A stretch of DNA of 64,000 nt from Azolla caroliniana (Eukaryota; Plantae; Polypodiophyta): NCBI GenBank assembly GCA_043228905.1, contig JBHGNT010000014.1, positions 4,340,001-4,404,000 on the forward strand, given 5' to 3'. The stretch's first letter is position 1. Each line of letters starts with the position of its first letter. Under the pieces are notes generated by a model. It saw nothing but the letters and a program-made list of their open reading frames with translations, was not told where the DNA came from and ran no database searches. Below are positions 11,914 through 21,769 of this stretch, one piece after another. The translations under genes were made by a program, and so were the position numbers.

Positions 11914-11926
11914 TGGCACGCCCGGT
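11914..11926 (+). promoter_or_regulatory. Primer binding site, tRNA-Arg(UCU)-like
   Basis: TGGCACGCCCGGT lies 11 nt after the 5' LTR and matches the TGGCACGCCC PBS type of plant non-chromoviruses (tRNA assignment from memory). Confidence 0.75.
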
Positions 11927-11961
11927 TACATCTGCGATTCAGCAGAGAACAATTCGAATGG

Positions 11962-14900
11962 ATGTCGTATGAAGAGGAGGCACCGGTCAGTTGTAAGCGG
12001 CCTCGTACAAGGTCAGTTACGAAGGTAGTGCAGCAAGCGTTCATTGCGCAAGAACAGCCGGAATCAAGCACAAAGTGGTCGAAACTTCCTGACTTATCCG
12101 ATCAATTACCTTCAGACGAAAAACAGACGGAAGAGGTATCGTTTTACGACATTTGGGACGATATGCCTTATACTTATTCTAAGTTCCGGGAAGGAACAGA
12201 TGCGGAAGCACATGTTAGGGATTTCTTAACGACATGGGAGATTAACCATGGAGCTCAGCGATTGTCGGCAGATGCCGAAGATAAGTCAAAAATCGCTGAG
12301 TTCGTCTTATCATTAGACGGATATTCCGCTAATTGGTTTGCGCAGAACGGTCTTCAAGGATTTCCATCCTTTGAAGTATTAACTAGTAAATTTTTACAAT
12401 TATTTCATCAACAAATTCCGCAGAAGGATTTGATTGCGCAATTTTATGCGTTATATCAAGAAAAAAATGAAACAGTATCTCAGTTTGTGATACGATTTCA
12501 GAACTTACAGCTTCAGATTTCGAGGCCGATTCCGGATAAGGAATTAAAAGAAGTCTTTCTAGAAGCTGTAAAAGAACCATTAAGGACGACATTGAAAGTG
12601 TTCGATTTTCGAAATCAGACTATCGAACAAGTCATTGATAAAGCAATAGAAATGGGTCGACCACCGGTCAATGTTCAGAGTATGGACATGTCGGCATTAC
12701 ACCGTACATTACCAACAATGGAGGAGTTACAATTTCGACAAGCAGTTCAATGCACCACTTGTTTAAATACGGGGCATTCAGCAATTGATTGTACGTTAAG
12801 AACACATTGTACAATATGTCATTCAAAATTACATTCCGTAGAACAATGTGAATATAATCTGCTTAATAAGACTACGGCGTCAGTACGACAAATTTTTGCT
12901 GACAATGGTTACCAAAATAACACTAATCTGTTCAATGGTTATCAAAATAATAATTTTTCACAAAATCAGCAAAATGTACAACAGAATCCGGTTATACAGC
13001 CAAATCAGATCTTTTCACAACAAAATATGCAACCCACTCAAGTGACTCAAGCATATCAACCAGGTTTTGCTCAATCCAACCCACCATTCGTACAGAATCC
13101 GAATCAATATTTTCAACAAAATAATCAAAGTTTCCAACAAGGTAACCCACCATTTCAAGGGTTTCAACAGAACTGTCCGAATGTGCAACCGAATTCTACA
13201 TTTCAACCAAATCCGGCATTTCAACCGGGTAATATGACTTTTCAGCATAATACTCAAACTGTTCCACAAAATAATCAAATGTTTCAACAGAATAATTTTC
13301 AGCCAAATCAGGAGTTCGGGACACCACACAATATAGCACAACCAAATGATAATACTGAACAATTTAGGCAGAATCGGTATAAAAACAAGAGATTTTACAA
13401 ACCAAAAGCTACACGTCAATACCAACAAAACCCGAATGGTAATGAAGAGCAGCAATTTAATAACGGGCAATTTGCACATGGAGAGACTAGTGCAACATTT
13501 GTGCCCACTTGTTACATTTGTCGACAACTAGGCCATTATGCTAATCAATGTCCGGTTAAAGGAAAGGGTCCAGCAGTTAATATGGTAATACCGGAAGTTC
13601 AGCAAGTAACGACACGCAGCAAAAGCAAACAATCAGAGTGGGAAATTCAGGAAGAAGTTCGGAAGGCGGCAAAAGAATGGGTGGATGAAGCAAATCAAAG
13701 TAATGTGAATCGAATGTTACAAGACAATAACATTGACCAGGACATCGTTGTACAACAGTCATTGGGGAATAAGGAACAGGAAGAAACTTGGAAACTGTTG
13801 GCTGATTGCCAAGTGTCATTGCCACTTACGGGCTTACTTAAGTTAGTACCAAGGTTTACAGAAAAAGTGGCAGCATTAATTGCATATAAAGGTTCCGAAC
13901 AAATAGCAGTACACTACAATCAGCCAAGTAATAACCCTTCGATCATGGATGAACAGAATCCGTCGATTAAGGTAATACTTTACGGGCAAGAAATCGGAAA
14001 TGTGATTATAGATGGAGGCTCGGGTGTTAATGTGATTAACAAAACTACATGTGAAAAACTGGGAATCACGGAATGGGAAGCATGTCCGTTTTGGTCACGA
14101 ATGGCAGATACAAGTACGGTACGACCGATTGGTTTGCTTCGAGAACTGGATGTAATAATCGGGGGGCACAGTTTTCAGATTTCAGCAGTAATTTTACAGT
14201 TAGAAACACAGGGAGCATACCCCTTGTTATTAGGGAGACCATGGTTAAAGACAGCTAATATTAAACAAAATTGGAAACAAAATGTGCTAACATTTAGGAA
14301 AGGAAGAAATAAGGTCAGGATTCCGACGCACAACAAAGTGACAACAAGCAAACAGAGTTTACCTGTACATGCAGAAGCAGTTAATATGATGGAAGGATTG
14401 GACGAGGAAGAAGAAAGTCAGTATTTTGATGATAATCAAAAAATCATCCCTCTATTTGAGGTAGATATTTTGCAAGCATTAACACCATATGTAGACTCAC
14501 ACGAAGAAGTGCCAATCGATGAGCAAACAATGAAAGAAATACGAATGCAACAAGAAGCTACAGATAAGGAAATGAAGGTATCTCAGAGAGTGCAAGCCTC
14601 AGCATTAGAGGAGATCGATTTGGCAGGAGTAGAGGATGCTGAAAGAAAAACAGTCTTGATTGCTAGAGATTTGACGGTAAATGACAAACGGACATTAACA
14701 ACATTATTATTACAATATAAAGATGTTTTTGCATGGTCGTTTGACGATATGAAAGGTCTGGATCCCGCTTTTTGTCAACATCAAATCAATTTGCATAAAG
14801 ATGCAAAGCCAGTACAACAACGCAGGTACAGGTTGAATCCGAATTATGCTATCAAAGTAAAAGAAGAAATCGATAAACTCTTAAAAGTAGGATTTATTCG

Positions 14901-17454
14901 ACCCGTCAAAAAATCAACATGGCTGAGTCCGATAGTAGTAGTCCCGAAAAAGAATGGGAAAATTCGCGTATGTGTGGATTACAGAAAATTGAATGCAGCG
15001 ACAATTACGGATGCGTTTCCGTTGCCATTCACAGATGGGATATTAGATGCAGTAGCGGGACATGAAATTTATAGTTTCTTGGATGGGTTCAGTGGGTACA
15101 ACCAAGTACGGATGAATCCCGAAGATCAGGAAAAGACAGCTTTCGTCACAGAATGGGGTGTCTTTGTGGCAGTAGTCATGATGTTCGGTTTAAAAACAGC
15201 TCCAGCTACATTTCAGCGGGTAATACAGGAAATATTCGAGGAATATATTCCAGCTTTCATGCAGGTGTTTTTAGATGATTTTGCGGTATATAGTCGGAAA
15301 GCTGATCATTTTGAGCATTTACGGCTATGTTTAGAAAAATGTCGAAAAGGGCGTCTTAGTTTAAATCCAGCCAAATGCGCATTCGGAGTAATGAGTGGTA
15401 CATTACTTGGGCATATTGTCAGTCAAGAAGGGATTGCAGTGGACCCAGACAAAGTTAAAGCAATTATTGAGGCAACACCACCAACAAATGCTAAAGCTTT
15501 AAGTAGATTTTTGGGTCAAATTCGGTGGCACAGTAGAATGATGAGATATCTAGCAGACATTGCTATTCCGTTACACACAGCAGTACACAAAGTTCCTTTT
15601 ATATGGACAAGTATAGAACAAGATGCGTACGAATGTCTTAAGAAGATGCTGACGAAGGTTCCGGTAGTTCAACCACCGGACTGGAACAAACCATTTCATG
15701 TTTTCGTCGATGCGTCGGACATTGCCATAGGCAGTGCTTTAATGCAATTATCCGAACCAAACTGGTATAGGCCGGTATACTATGCCAGTAGGAAACTTTC
15801 GTCGGCCGAAAGAAACTATTCAACAACCGAAAGAGAAGCTTTGGGAATGATATATAGTGTGAACAAATTTCGACATTACCTTTTGGGTAAGAAATTTACA
15901 TTTCATGTGGATCATTCGGCTTTACTGTATCTAGTTTCCAAACAAGAATTGACAGGCAAGTTAGCCCGATGGACGTTATTGCTTCAAGAGTTTGAATTCG
16001 ACATTATACATCGACCAGGAGCACAGCACGCGATTGCTGACTATCTCAGTCGGCTTGAGTCTGGAGAAGAAGCGGTTGGGGTTAAAGATGATTTTCCAGA
16101 TACTCAATTATTTCGGGTTGAGGCAGTAAAAGCACATGAAGTGAATGAGGAAAAAGAGGATGAATGGATTTCCGAAATGACGATATTTCTATCAACAGGA
16201 ATTCCGGCCGAACACATGTCGACAGATGAAAGAAAAAGAATTGCAGTACGAAGTCGGAATTTTTGTTTATTTAATGACATGTTGTATCATAAAGGAGCGG
16301 ATGGAATATGGCGAAGGGCAGTACGAAAATTTGAAAAATCAGCCATATTAACAGAGTCACATTGTGGAATTGCTGGCGGTCATTACGCAGGAGAAGCAAC
16401 AACCAGAAAAATATGGAATAGCGGGTTATGGTGGCCAACGGTGATGAAAGATGCTAACGAATACTGTAAGAAATGCGATTTGTGTCAAAGAATGGGGCAA
16501 CCAACCGAAAAGGATCGAATGCCTTTTCAACCGGTTTTACCTCTTGAGCCATTTCAGAAATGGGGCTTAGATTTTGTTGGCCCATTCAAACCAGCAGCTG
16601 CAAGAACCGGTAATCGATATATCATAATTGCGACTGACTATTGCACAAAATGGGTTGAAGCAAAAGCTCTCAGGGACAATACAGCAGCATCCACAGCAAA
16701 ATTCTTGTATGAGGATATATGGTGTCGATTCGGTTGCCCAATAGAATTGGTAAGCGATCAAGGCACTCATTTTATTAACAAGTTAATTAACGAATTAACC
16801 AATTACTATGTCGTAGTTCATAAGAAAAGTACGCCTTACTATCCCCAAGCTAATGGATTGGCAGAATCGACAAATAAAACAATTCAAACAATTTTAAAGA
16901 AGATAGTAAATGAAAATCGTACTGATTGGGATCAAAAGTTAAATAGTGCATTATGGGCATATCGTACTTCGTACAAAACATCCATTAAATCAACACCTTT
17001 CCGAATGGCATTCGGACTCGAAGCCGTTATGCCGATCGAATTTCAAATTCCGACACTTCGTATCCAAGCAACGAATAAGTTAAATGAAATAGAATCGGAG
17101 CAGATACGCAAGGAGGCTTTATTAGTATTAGAAGAAGAACGGATTCAATCAATGTCAGCACTAGAACACAAGCAGAGACAAATCAAGGCATTCGTAAATC
17201 GACATCGAAGGAAATCGGAAGAGCAATTCGAAATTGGGAAACCGGTATTAGTATTCCAGACGAGAATGGGACTTATGCCTGGGAAACTCCGGTATAGATG
17301 GACAGGTCCAGTATGGATAATTAATAGTAAAAATGGTACGTACCAACTGGGATCATTAACCGGAGAGGTTTTACCAAAATGGGTAAATGGGTTTCGGCTT
17401 AAACCGTATTTGGGAGATATGCCGGTAAATCCGTTTATTCAAACGGAAGAGTAA
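11962..17454 (+). CDS. Gypsy Gag-Pol polyprotein, 1830 aa, single frame (Gag, 3 CCHC knuckles, Q/N-rich region, protease, RT, RNase H, integrase)
   Basis: QEKNETVSQFVIRF; IIDGGSGVNVI; LLLGRPWL; SPIVVVPKKNGKIRVCVDYRKLN; FLDGFSGYNQ; FLDDFAV; VDASDIAIG, YSTTEREAL; H..GGHY..C..CQ; WGLDFVGP, SDQGTHF, PQANGLAE; WTGP; no chromodomain and no second RNase H seen. Confidence 0.97.
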   Translation: MSYEEEAPVSCKRPRTRSVTKVVQQAFIAQEQPESSTKWSKLPDLSDQLPSDEKQTEEVSFYDIWDDMPYTYSKFREGTDAEAHVRDFLTTWEINHGAQRLSADAEDKSKIAEFVLSLDGYSANWFAQNGLQGFPSFEVLTSKFLQLFHQQIPQKDLIAQFYALYQEKNETVSQFVIRFQNLQLQISRPIPDKELKEVFLEAVKEPLRTTLKVFDFRNQTIEQVIDKAIEMGRPPVNVQSMDMSALHRTLPTMEELQFRQAVQCTTCLNTGHSAIDCTLRTHCTICHSKLHSVEQCEYNLLNKTTASVRQIFADNGYQNNTNLFNGYQNNNFSQNQQNVQQNPVIQPNQIFSQQNMQPTQVTQAYQPGFAQSNPPFVQNPNQYFQQNNQSFQQGNPPFQGFQQNCPNVQPNSTFQPNPAFQPGNMTFQHNTQTVPQNNQMFQQNNFQPNQEFGTPHNIAQPNDNTEQFRQNRYKNKRFYKPKATRQYQQNPNGNEEQQFNNGQFAHGETSATFVPTCYICRQLGHYANQCPVKGKGPAVNMVIPEVQQVTTRSKSKQSEWEIQEEVRKAAKEWVDEANQSNVNRMLQDNNIDQDIVVQQSLGNKEQEETWKLLADCQVSLPLTGLLKLVPRFTEKVAALIAYKGSEQIAVHYNQPSNNPSIMDEQNPSIKVILYGQEIGNVIIDGGSGVNVINKTTCEKLGITEWEACPFWSRMADTSTVRPIGLLRELDVIIGGHSFQISAVILQLETQGAYPLLLGRPWLKTANIKQNWKQNVLTFRKGRNKVRIPTHNKVTTSKQSLPVHAEAVNMMEGLDEEEESQYFDDNQKIIPLFEVDILQALTPYVDSHEEVPIDEQTMKEIRMQQEATDKEMKVSQRVQASALEEIDLAGVEDAERKTVLIARDLTVNDKRTLTTLLLQYKDVFAWSFDDMKGLDPAFCQHQINLHKDAKPVQQRRYRLNPNYAIKVKEEIDKLLKVGFIRPVKKSTWLSPIVVVPKKNGKIRVCVDYRKLNAATITDAFPLPFTDGILDAVAGHEIYSFLDGFSGYNQVRMNPEDQEKTAFVTEWGVFVAVVMMFGLKTAPATFQRVIQEIFEEYIPAFMQVFLDDFAVYSRKADHFEHLRLCLEKCRKGRLSLNPAKCAFGVMSGTLLGHIVSQEGIAVDPDKVKAIIEATPPTNAKALSRFLGQIRWHSRMMRYLADIAIPLHTAVHKVPFIWTSIEQDAYECLKKMLTKVPVVQPPDWNKPFHVFVDASDIAIGSALMQLSEPNWYRPVYYASRKLSSAERNYSTTEREALGMIYSVNKFRHYLLGKKFTFHVDHSALLYLVSKQELTGKLARWTLLLQEFEFDIIHRPGAQHAIADYLSRLESGEEAVGVKDDFPDTQLFRVEAVKAHEVNEEKEDEWISEMTIFLSTGIPAEHMSTDERKRIAVRSRNFCLFNDMLYHKGADGIWRRAVRKFEKSAILTESHCGIAGGHYAGEATTRKIWNSGLWWPTVMKDANEYCKKCDLCQRMGQPTEKDRMPFQPVLPLEPFQKWGLDFVGPFKPAAARTGNRYIIIATDYCTKWVEAKALRDNTAASTAKFLYEDIWCRFGCPIELVSDQGTHFINKLINELTNYYVVVHKKSTPYYPQANGLAESTNKTIQTILKKIVNENRTDWDQKLNSALWAYRTSYKTSIKSTPFRMAFGLEAVMPIEFQIPTLRIQATNKLNEIESEQIRKEALLVLEEERIQSMSALEHKQRQIKAFVNRHRRKSEEQFEIGKPVLVFQTRMGLMPGKLRYRWTGPVWIINSKNGTYQLGSLTGEVLPKWVNGFRLKPYLGDMPVNPFIQTEE

Positions 17455-17671
17455 AAACAAAAAAAAGAAAAAAAAAAAGAAAAAAAAAAACTAACTAACT
17501 CACTCAATAGTTCTTGTCAAATGCAGAAATACAATTTTGCCATAACAATATGAATCGACTATAAATAGAAAGAGGAATTGCATGATTATTAGTAAGGAGT
17601 ACAACCACTACACGTAGAGTGAATACTAATTAATTCCTACATTAATAGCAATTACTATTCTTTAAGTCATC

Positions 17672-20332
17672 ATGCATAAGTTAATATCTTTAAAGCATAT
17701 TTCTATATCATCTGTGTCGTCAAAACAACAGAAACGAGTGCAGATATCGAAACAGTCTGAGCCTCCTTCGTGCCCTAGTTCGCCCAAACTCTGCTTTTCT
17801 GATTTTCATCGCTACAGAAACTGTGCAGATCTGCAACTGTCATCGACAAGTGATTCAGAACAAGGAAATACAGAAGTCATGCCGATTCCTGTATCTGAAG
17901 AACTGCGATTGTGGCTTCATGAGAGAAACCTACAAGGTTTCATCAAAGTAGCAGAAGCGGAACCTCATCCGCAGGCGGAAGAATTGGTACAACAAATGGA
18001 CATCACCAAAATCACCACAAAGAAAATACGAAATGCATTACAAATGCCAAGAGGAGGCTTTGAGGCAGTTAAAAAACCTTCATCAGAAGCACTCCAATCG
18101 TATTTCGGGGAATACTCACCCTCGGCAAAAGCATATCAGACTTATGGAGGTCGGGATGAGTTTTTTCATGAAGTGGCTAGATTTCTATTAGAGGTGGGAT
18201 TTGTCAGTCCTCGTTTTTATTGTATGCCGAAAAAAAGGGCTGGGTTTATCATAGCCGCATACGAAAAAGAGGATTTCAACTGGCCACTATTGTCGGGGGA
18301 AGCTCTGAGAGAGCAGCTACAAGGGGTAAAAACAGGAAAACCGATGAAGCAAATTTTTGGTCGTTGGTTATCAGTATTGTTTCCGATTCAAGAATCGGGA
18401 ACTCCTGTTCAGTCAAGAAGACCACCAATAGTACAAGCACCACGAAGACACCGACAGGTAGTACATGAAGAATGGATAGAAGAAGAATCGGCACATGCCG
18501 ATAATATACAAACAAATATGCCTCAGTCGGAACCACCAAGACCAGAGAATTCCGAAAACAGGCAACCAGGGGCAGAACAAGAAACAGTTGACAATTTGAT
18601 AAACAAGCAACAGCCGACAGAAAATCGACAACAAGCAGAGAAGATGAGACAAAGAACAAGGATTAAACAAAAGGCTAATCGGCAATTCCAACCAGAAAAC
18701 AGTGAGGGATCAGCACCGAAAAGGCAACGCACAAATGAAAAGTCGAATACGCCTGTGGTAACAGAAGTACTAAAACCAGGGAATGAGAGCGTTTCGACAC
18801 AACCTCACCAAGGACAATCTTCAAAAGTAGCCATTCGGGAAGCACATGGGTACTTGGATATCCCACCAGCAGCACATGAATTAGCTGCCATTTTACAGTT
18901 CGGAACTTCATACGAACTGGTTGAATGGTTGGCTAAAAGACTGACAGAAGTATCAGAACGGCTGGCTCAGGAACATAATGACCGAATAATGATACAGAAA
19001 GCCTTACGAGGAGTGTTGGAACCTCAAGAAAAAGCAGAGATAGAGAAAATAGGCCGGAAAAGAAGTGCACAGCATAGAGGGGAAGCTATTGAAATGCCAC
19101 CATTACATGAAGCACTGGTCGAAATTCATAAAGAATATGAAACGGCACGCAAAGCAACCAGTGATATGGCTGAAAGATACAAAAGTGTATCAGCATCGGC
19201 GGAAGTGCTGAAACATCAGTTTTGTAACATACAGGCAGAAAATAAAGAACTAAAGGAAAGTCTAAACAAATGGGAAACACAGGCACGGCTTATGGTGTCG
19301 GAGTCAGAATGGCAGCAGAAATTGGAGGACGCTGAGAAAGCACGTCAAGCAGAAACAACAAGGGCCAACAATGCGGTATTTCGAACTACAGAATTAGAAA
19401 AGCAAATAGAAACCATTCAGAATGGTCAATACAAAGCTCTCGAAGAAAAAAATCAAGTAATAAACGAATTACAGAAAAATCTAGAAGAAGCTAAGACGGC
19501 CAATCATACATATACCGAACAAATTGAAGAATTCGAAAGGTATATAGTGTCACAGGAAAGTCAATTGACAGAAAAACAGCGGAGTCTTGAAGAAGTCAAC
19601 AGAAGAATGACGGAACAGCAGGAGGAATGGAGTAAAGAGAAATCGGCATTCGAACAACAACTGGACGAAATTCGGAAGATATCGGAACAAAGACGGCTGG
19701 ATATATATGTAGTCGAATCCAAACTAATGCGAGCTGAAAGTGAGAACCGAACCACTATTACGGATTTACAGAAAGAGTTGCAGACCGCCCAATACGTCGC
19801 AAGCATCACTAGGGACAAAGTGCAGCACATCATAGGTAAACATCGAAACCTAGCAAAGAAAATGATCGATGAATCCCTTGCGCAAGGATGGAAGTTATGG
19901 ACAGCACAAGCGGCGGAATTACAGTTATTGCGTGCCGACAAAAATAACCGTCAGGTACAAGGTGCAGGTTTTTTTAAAATGGCACAAAAGGATATTGACA
20001 ATATCCAAGAGGATATCATGAAAGATATGGACGAAATTGCGGCATTTTACAGAGAAGAAATTCAACGTATTATGCAAGAATTCGACAAAAATGATATAGG
20101 CACTTCCGTCCAGTTGGATAAAATCAAAGCCGAAAGAACCAGCAAGACTCCTGGTATTCAAGCTTCCGGAAGAAGTGAACCAGAGCAGCCAACCGAATCA
20201 CAACCTGCTCCGAAGGACGACTGTGACACAGATGAAGATGAAGAGGAAGATATAGGTGGAATACATCCAAGGCCAGATGAGCCTTCGATTTTTGATATTC
20301 TGAACGATTCGGATGAAGAGCTACAGGAATAG
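17672..20332 (+). CDS. Retrotransposon accessory ORF2: conserved N-terminal globular domain, disordered basic linker, long coiled coil, acidic tail; likely start Met at 17879
   Basis: 886-codon open frame inside the LTRs; the N-terminal ~170 aa from MPIPVSEELRLWL align by eye with 60837-61340; E/K/Q heptad-rich C-terminal half. Confidence 0.88.
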   Translation: MHKLISLKHISISSVSSKQQKRVQISKQSEPPSCPSSPKLCFSDFHRYRNCADLQLSSTSDSEQGNTEVMPIPVSEELRLWLHERNLQGFIKVAEAEPHPQAEELVQQMDITKITTKKIRNALQMPRGGFEAVKKPSSEALQSYFGEYSPSAKAYQTYGGRDEFFHEVARFLLEVGFVSPRFYCMPKKRAGFIIAAYEKEDFNWPLLSGEALREQLQGVKTGKPMKQIFGRWLSVLFPIQESGTPVQSRRPPIVQAPRRHRQVVHEEWIEEESAHADNIQTNMPQSEPPRPENSENRQPGAEQETVDNLINKQQPTENRQQAEKMRQRTRIKQKANRQFQPENSEGSAPKRQRTNEKSNTPVVTEVLKPGNESVSTQPHQGQSSKVAIREAHGYLDIPPAAHELAAILQFGTSYELVEWLAKRLTEVSERLAQEHNDRIMIQKALRGVLEPQEKAEIEKIGRKRSAQHRGEAIEMPPLHEALVEIHKEYETARKATSDMAERYKSVSASAEVLKHQFCNIQAENKELKESLNKWETQARLMVSESEWQQKLEDAEKARQAETTRANNAVFRTTELEKQIETIQNGQYKALEEKNQVINELQKNLEEAKTANHTYTEQIEEFERYIVSQESQLTEKQRSLEEVNRRMTEQQEEWSKEKSAFEQQLDEIRKISEQRRLDIYVVESKLMRAESENRTTITDLQKELQTAQYVASITRDKVQHIIGKHRNLAKKMIDESLAQGWKLWTAQAAELQLLRADKNNRQVQGAGFFKMAQKDIDNIQEDIMKDMDEIAAFYREEIQRIMQEFDKNDIGTSVQLDKIKAERTSKTPGIQASGRSEPEQPTESQPAPKDDCDTDEDEEEDIGGIHPRPDEPSIFDILNDSDEELQE

Positions 20333-20851
20333 GCGTGGGTTCGCTGGACAAGGTCCTGGCCCACGGACGTGCCAAGTGTTACCCGGACCCGGACAGTCAG
20401 TTTTACCGAACAAGTGGGAAAGCGTCGAAAACAGAGTCGGTTCGGATCGACTGTTCGGATTAATGACTCAGCAGTAAACGAAGAGAACTAAGTTAGTTAG
20501 ATAATTTTGTAAATCTTGATAGTAAGTAGGAATAGTTCTTGATGAGAAAAGACCTTCGCTATACCTATAAAAGGGAACCGAAGGCATTGTAAGAAAGGTC
20601 GTTCTATTTAGTAATATAAGTTTAAGTTAGGGATATCTTGTACGAATTCTGTGTTTCTTTTATTGTCTATGATCTTAAGTGCAAGCTTCCTAATTTATAA
20701 CTAAGTAACGATCACGGTAATTACCGATTAATACAGTATAATTCCGTTCGTAAAACACAATTCCTTGTTAGAACGTTGAGTAGCGACGTTCACTCTTCTG
20801 TATCGGTAGTAGTTAGTACTTAGCCGATTAACAGTAACAACGCGGCATATT

Positions 20852-20869
20852 TGGTGAACCCGATGTGAA
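20852..20869 (+). promoter_or_regulatory. Primer binding site complementary to tRNA-Trp
   Basis: TGGTGAACCCGATGTGAA, 4 nt after the LTR end; plant tRNA-Trp ends ...TTCACGTCGGGTTCACCA (recalled; 1 mismatch). Confidence 0.8.
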
Positions 20870-21769
20870 CAGGCGGCAGAGGAATAGAAAGATGAGAGGG
20901 TTGGATCTTGCAAAAGCCATGGCTTCGGCTGTGGATCGGATAGTGAGTGCGCGCGAAGGCACAGGCACCCTCGATAGGGCTATTGAAGCAGTCGTCGGCA
21001 TGATAGGCCGGTTCAGTGGGAAGGACGCCACGAGCTATTTGGAGGCTTACCGAGCCGAAATGATGAGAGGGACATCCCGAAGGAAAGGCGACTAGCCGGA
21101 TTCCCTCGGGTGGCGATGTCGGGCATCCACGCGGAGGTGCTTGAGGTACGGGCTGAGAGTCGGACTTGGGAAGAGTTGGAAGGTCGGCTCCTTGAAAAAT
21201 ACAGGCTTGATGACGCGCTTCAGTTATCAAAGCAGGACTTCATGGAATGGGTGGAGACCCCCGAAAAGGGGAGAAACGCGTCGATGCTTCCTCGGGGGAT
21301 CGAAGAACGCTTCACACGTCTTTCGGCGCTAGACCGGACCGTACTGGACACAAGTCGTGTCCTATTGTTCGTTAAATCGGTGGACGTAAGGGACCGGGAG
21401 AAAGTGGGCTTCCTACTGGAGACCGATGACAGCCTAACAACTGATTGGGCCGTGGTAAAGAGAGTCTGCGGCCGTTTTGACAAACGGCGTGAGTGGGTCG
21501 ACAAAGGCTTGACGGGGGCGGGTTCTGTTTCGACAAGGAAGGTCGAGGTTTCCCCACCGGCGTGAAGGGAAGAGACCCATCGACTTCGACCATCATGGTC
21601 AAAGGCTTGTCTGGAGGAGCTGACTCAGATGGTGAGGGACCTCCAGATTGCACAACCACGGAGGGACGGCGGCAAACAAGTCCGTGACCGAAGGCCTCCG
21701 GCTGGGAACCGGTGCTTGTGGTGCAACGCGGTCGGCCACGCCCGAAAGGACTGCGAGGACTTCACCGAA

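Larger units (their letters stand above)
11446..20833 (+). mobile_element. Full-length young non-chromovirus (Athila-like) Ty3/Gypsy retrotransposon with an extra 3' ORF
   Basis: 457-bp LTRs 11446-11902 and 20377-20833 (one mismatch seen by eye); TSD GTAAC (11441-11445, 20834-20838); TATAAAAG near 11635; PBS-like TGGCACGCCCGGT 11914-11926; two long intact ORFs. Confidence 0.97.

Noticed and set aside
11921-11930. CCCGGTTACA as a Tf1-like self-priming site complementary to the LTR start
   Set aside because: Only an 8 of 10 match, and to the U3 terminus, which is not at the 5' end of the transcript. The tRNA-type PBS explains the region better.
17672-20332. ORF2 as a retroviral-type envelope or a captured host myosin/SMC gene
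   Set aside because: No evident signal peptide or transmembrane segment, and no motor or ATPase motifs. It is intronless and has a homolog at the same position in a sister element.
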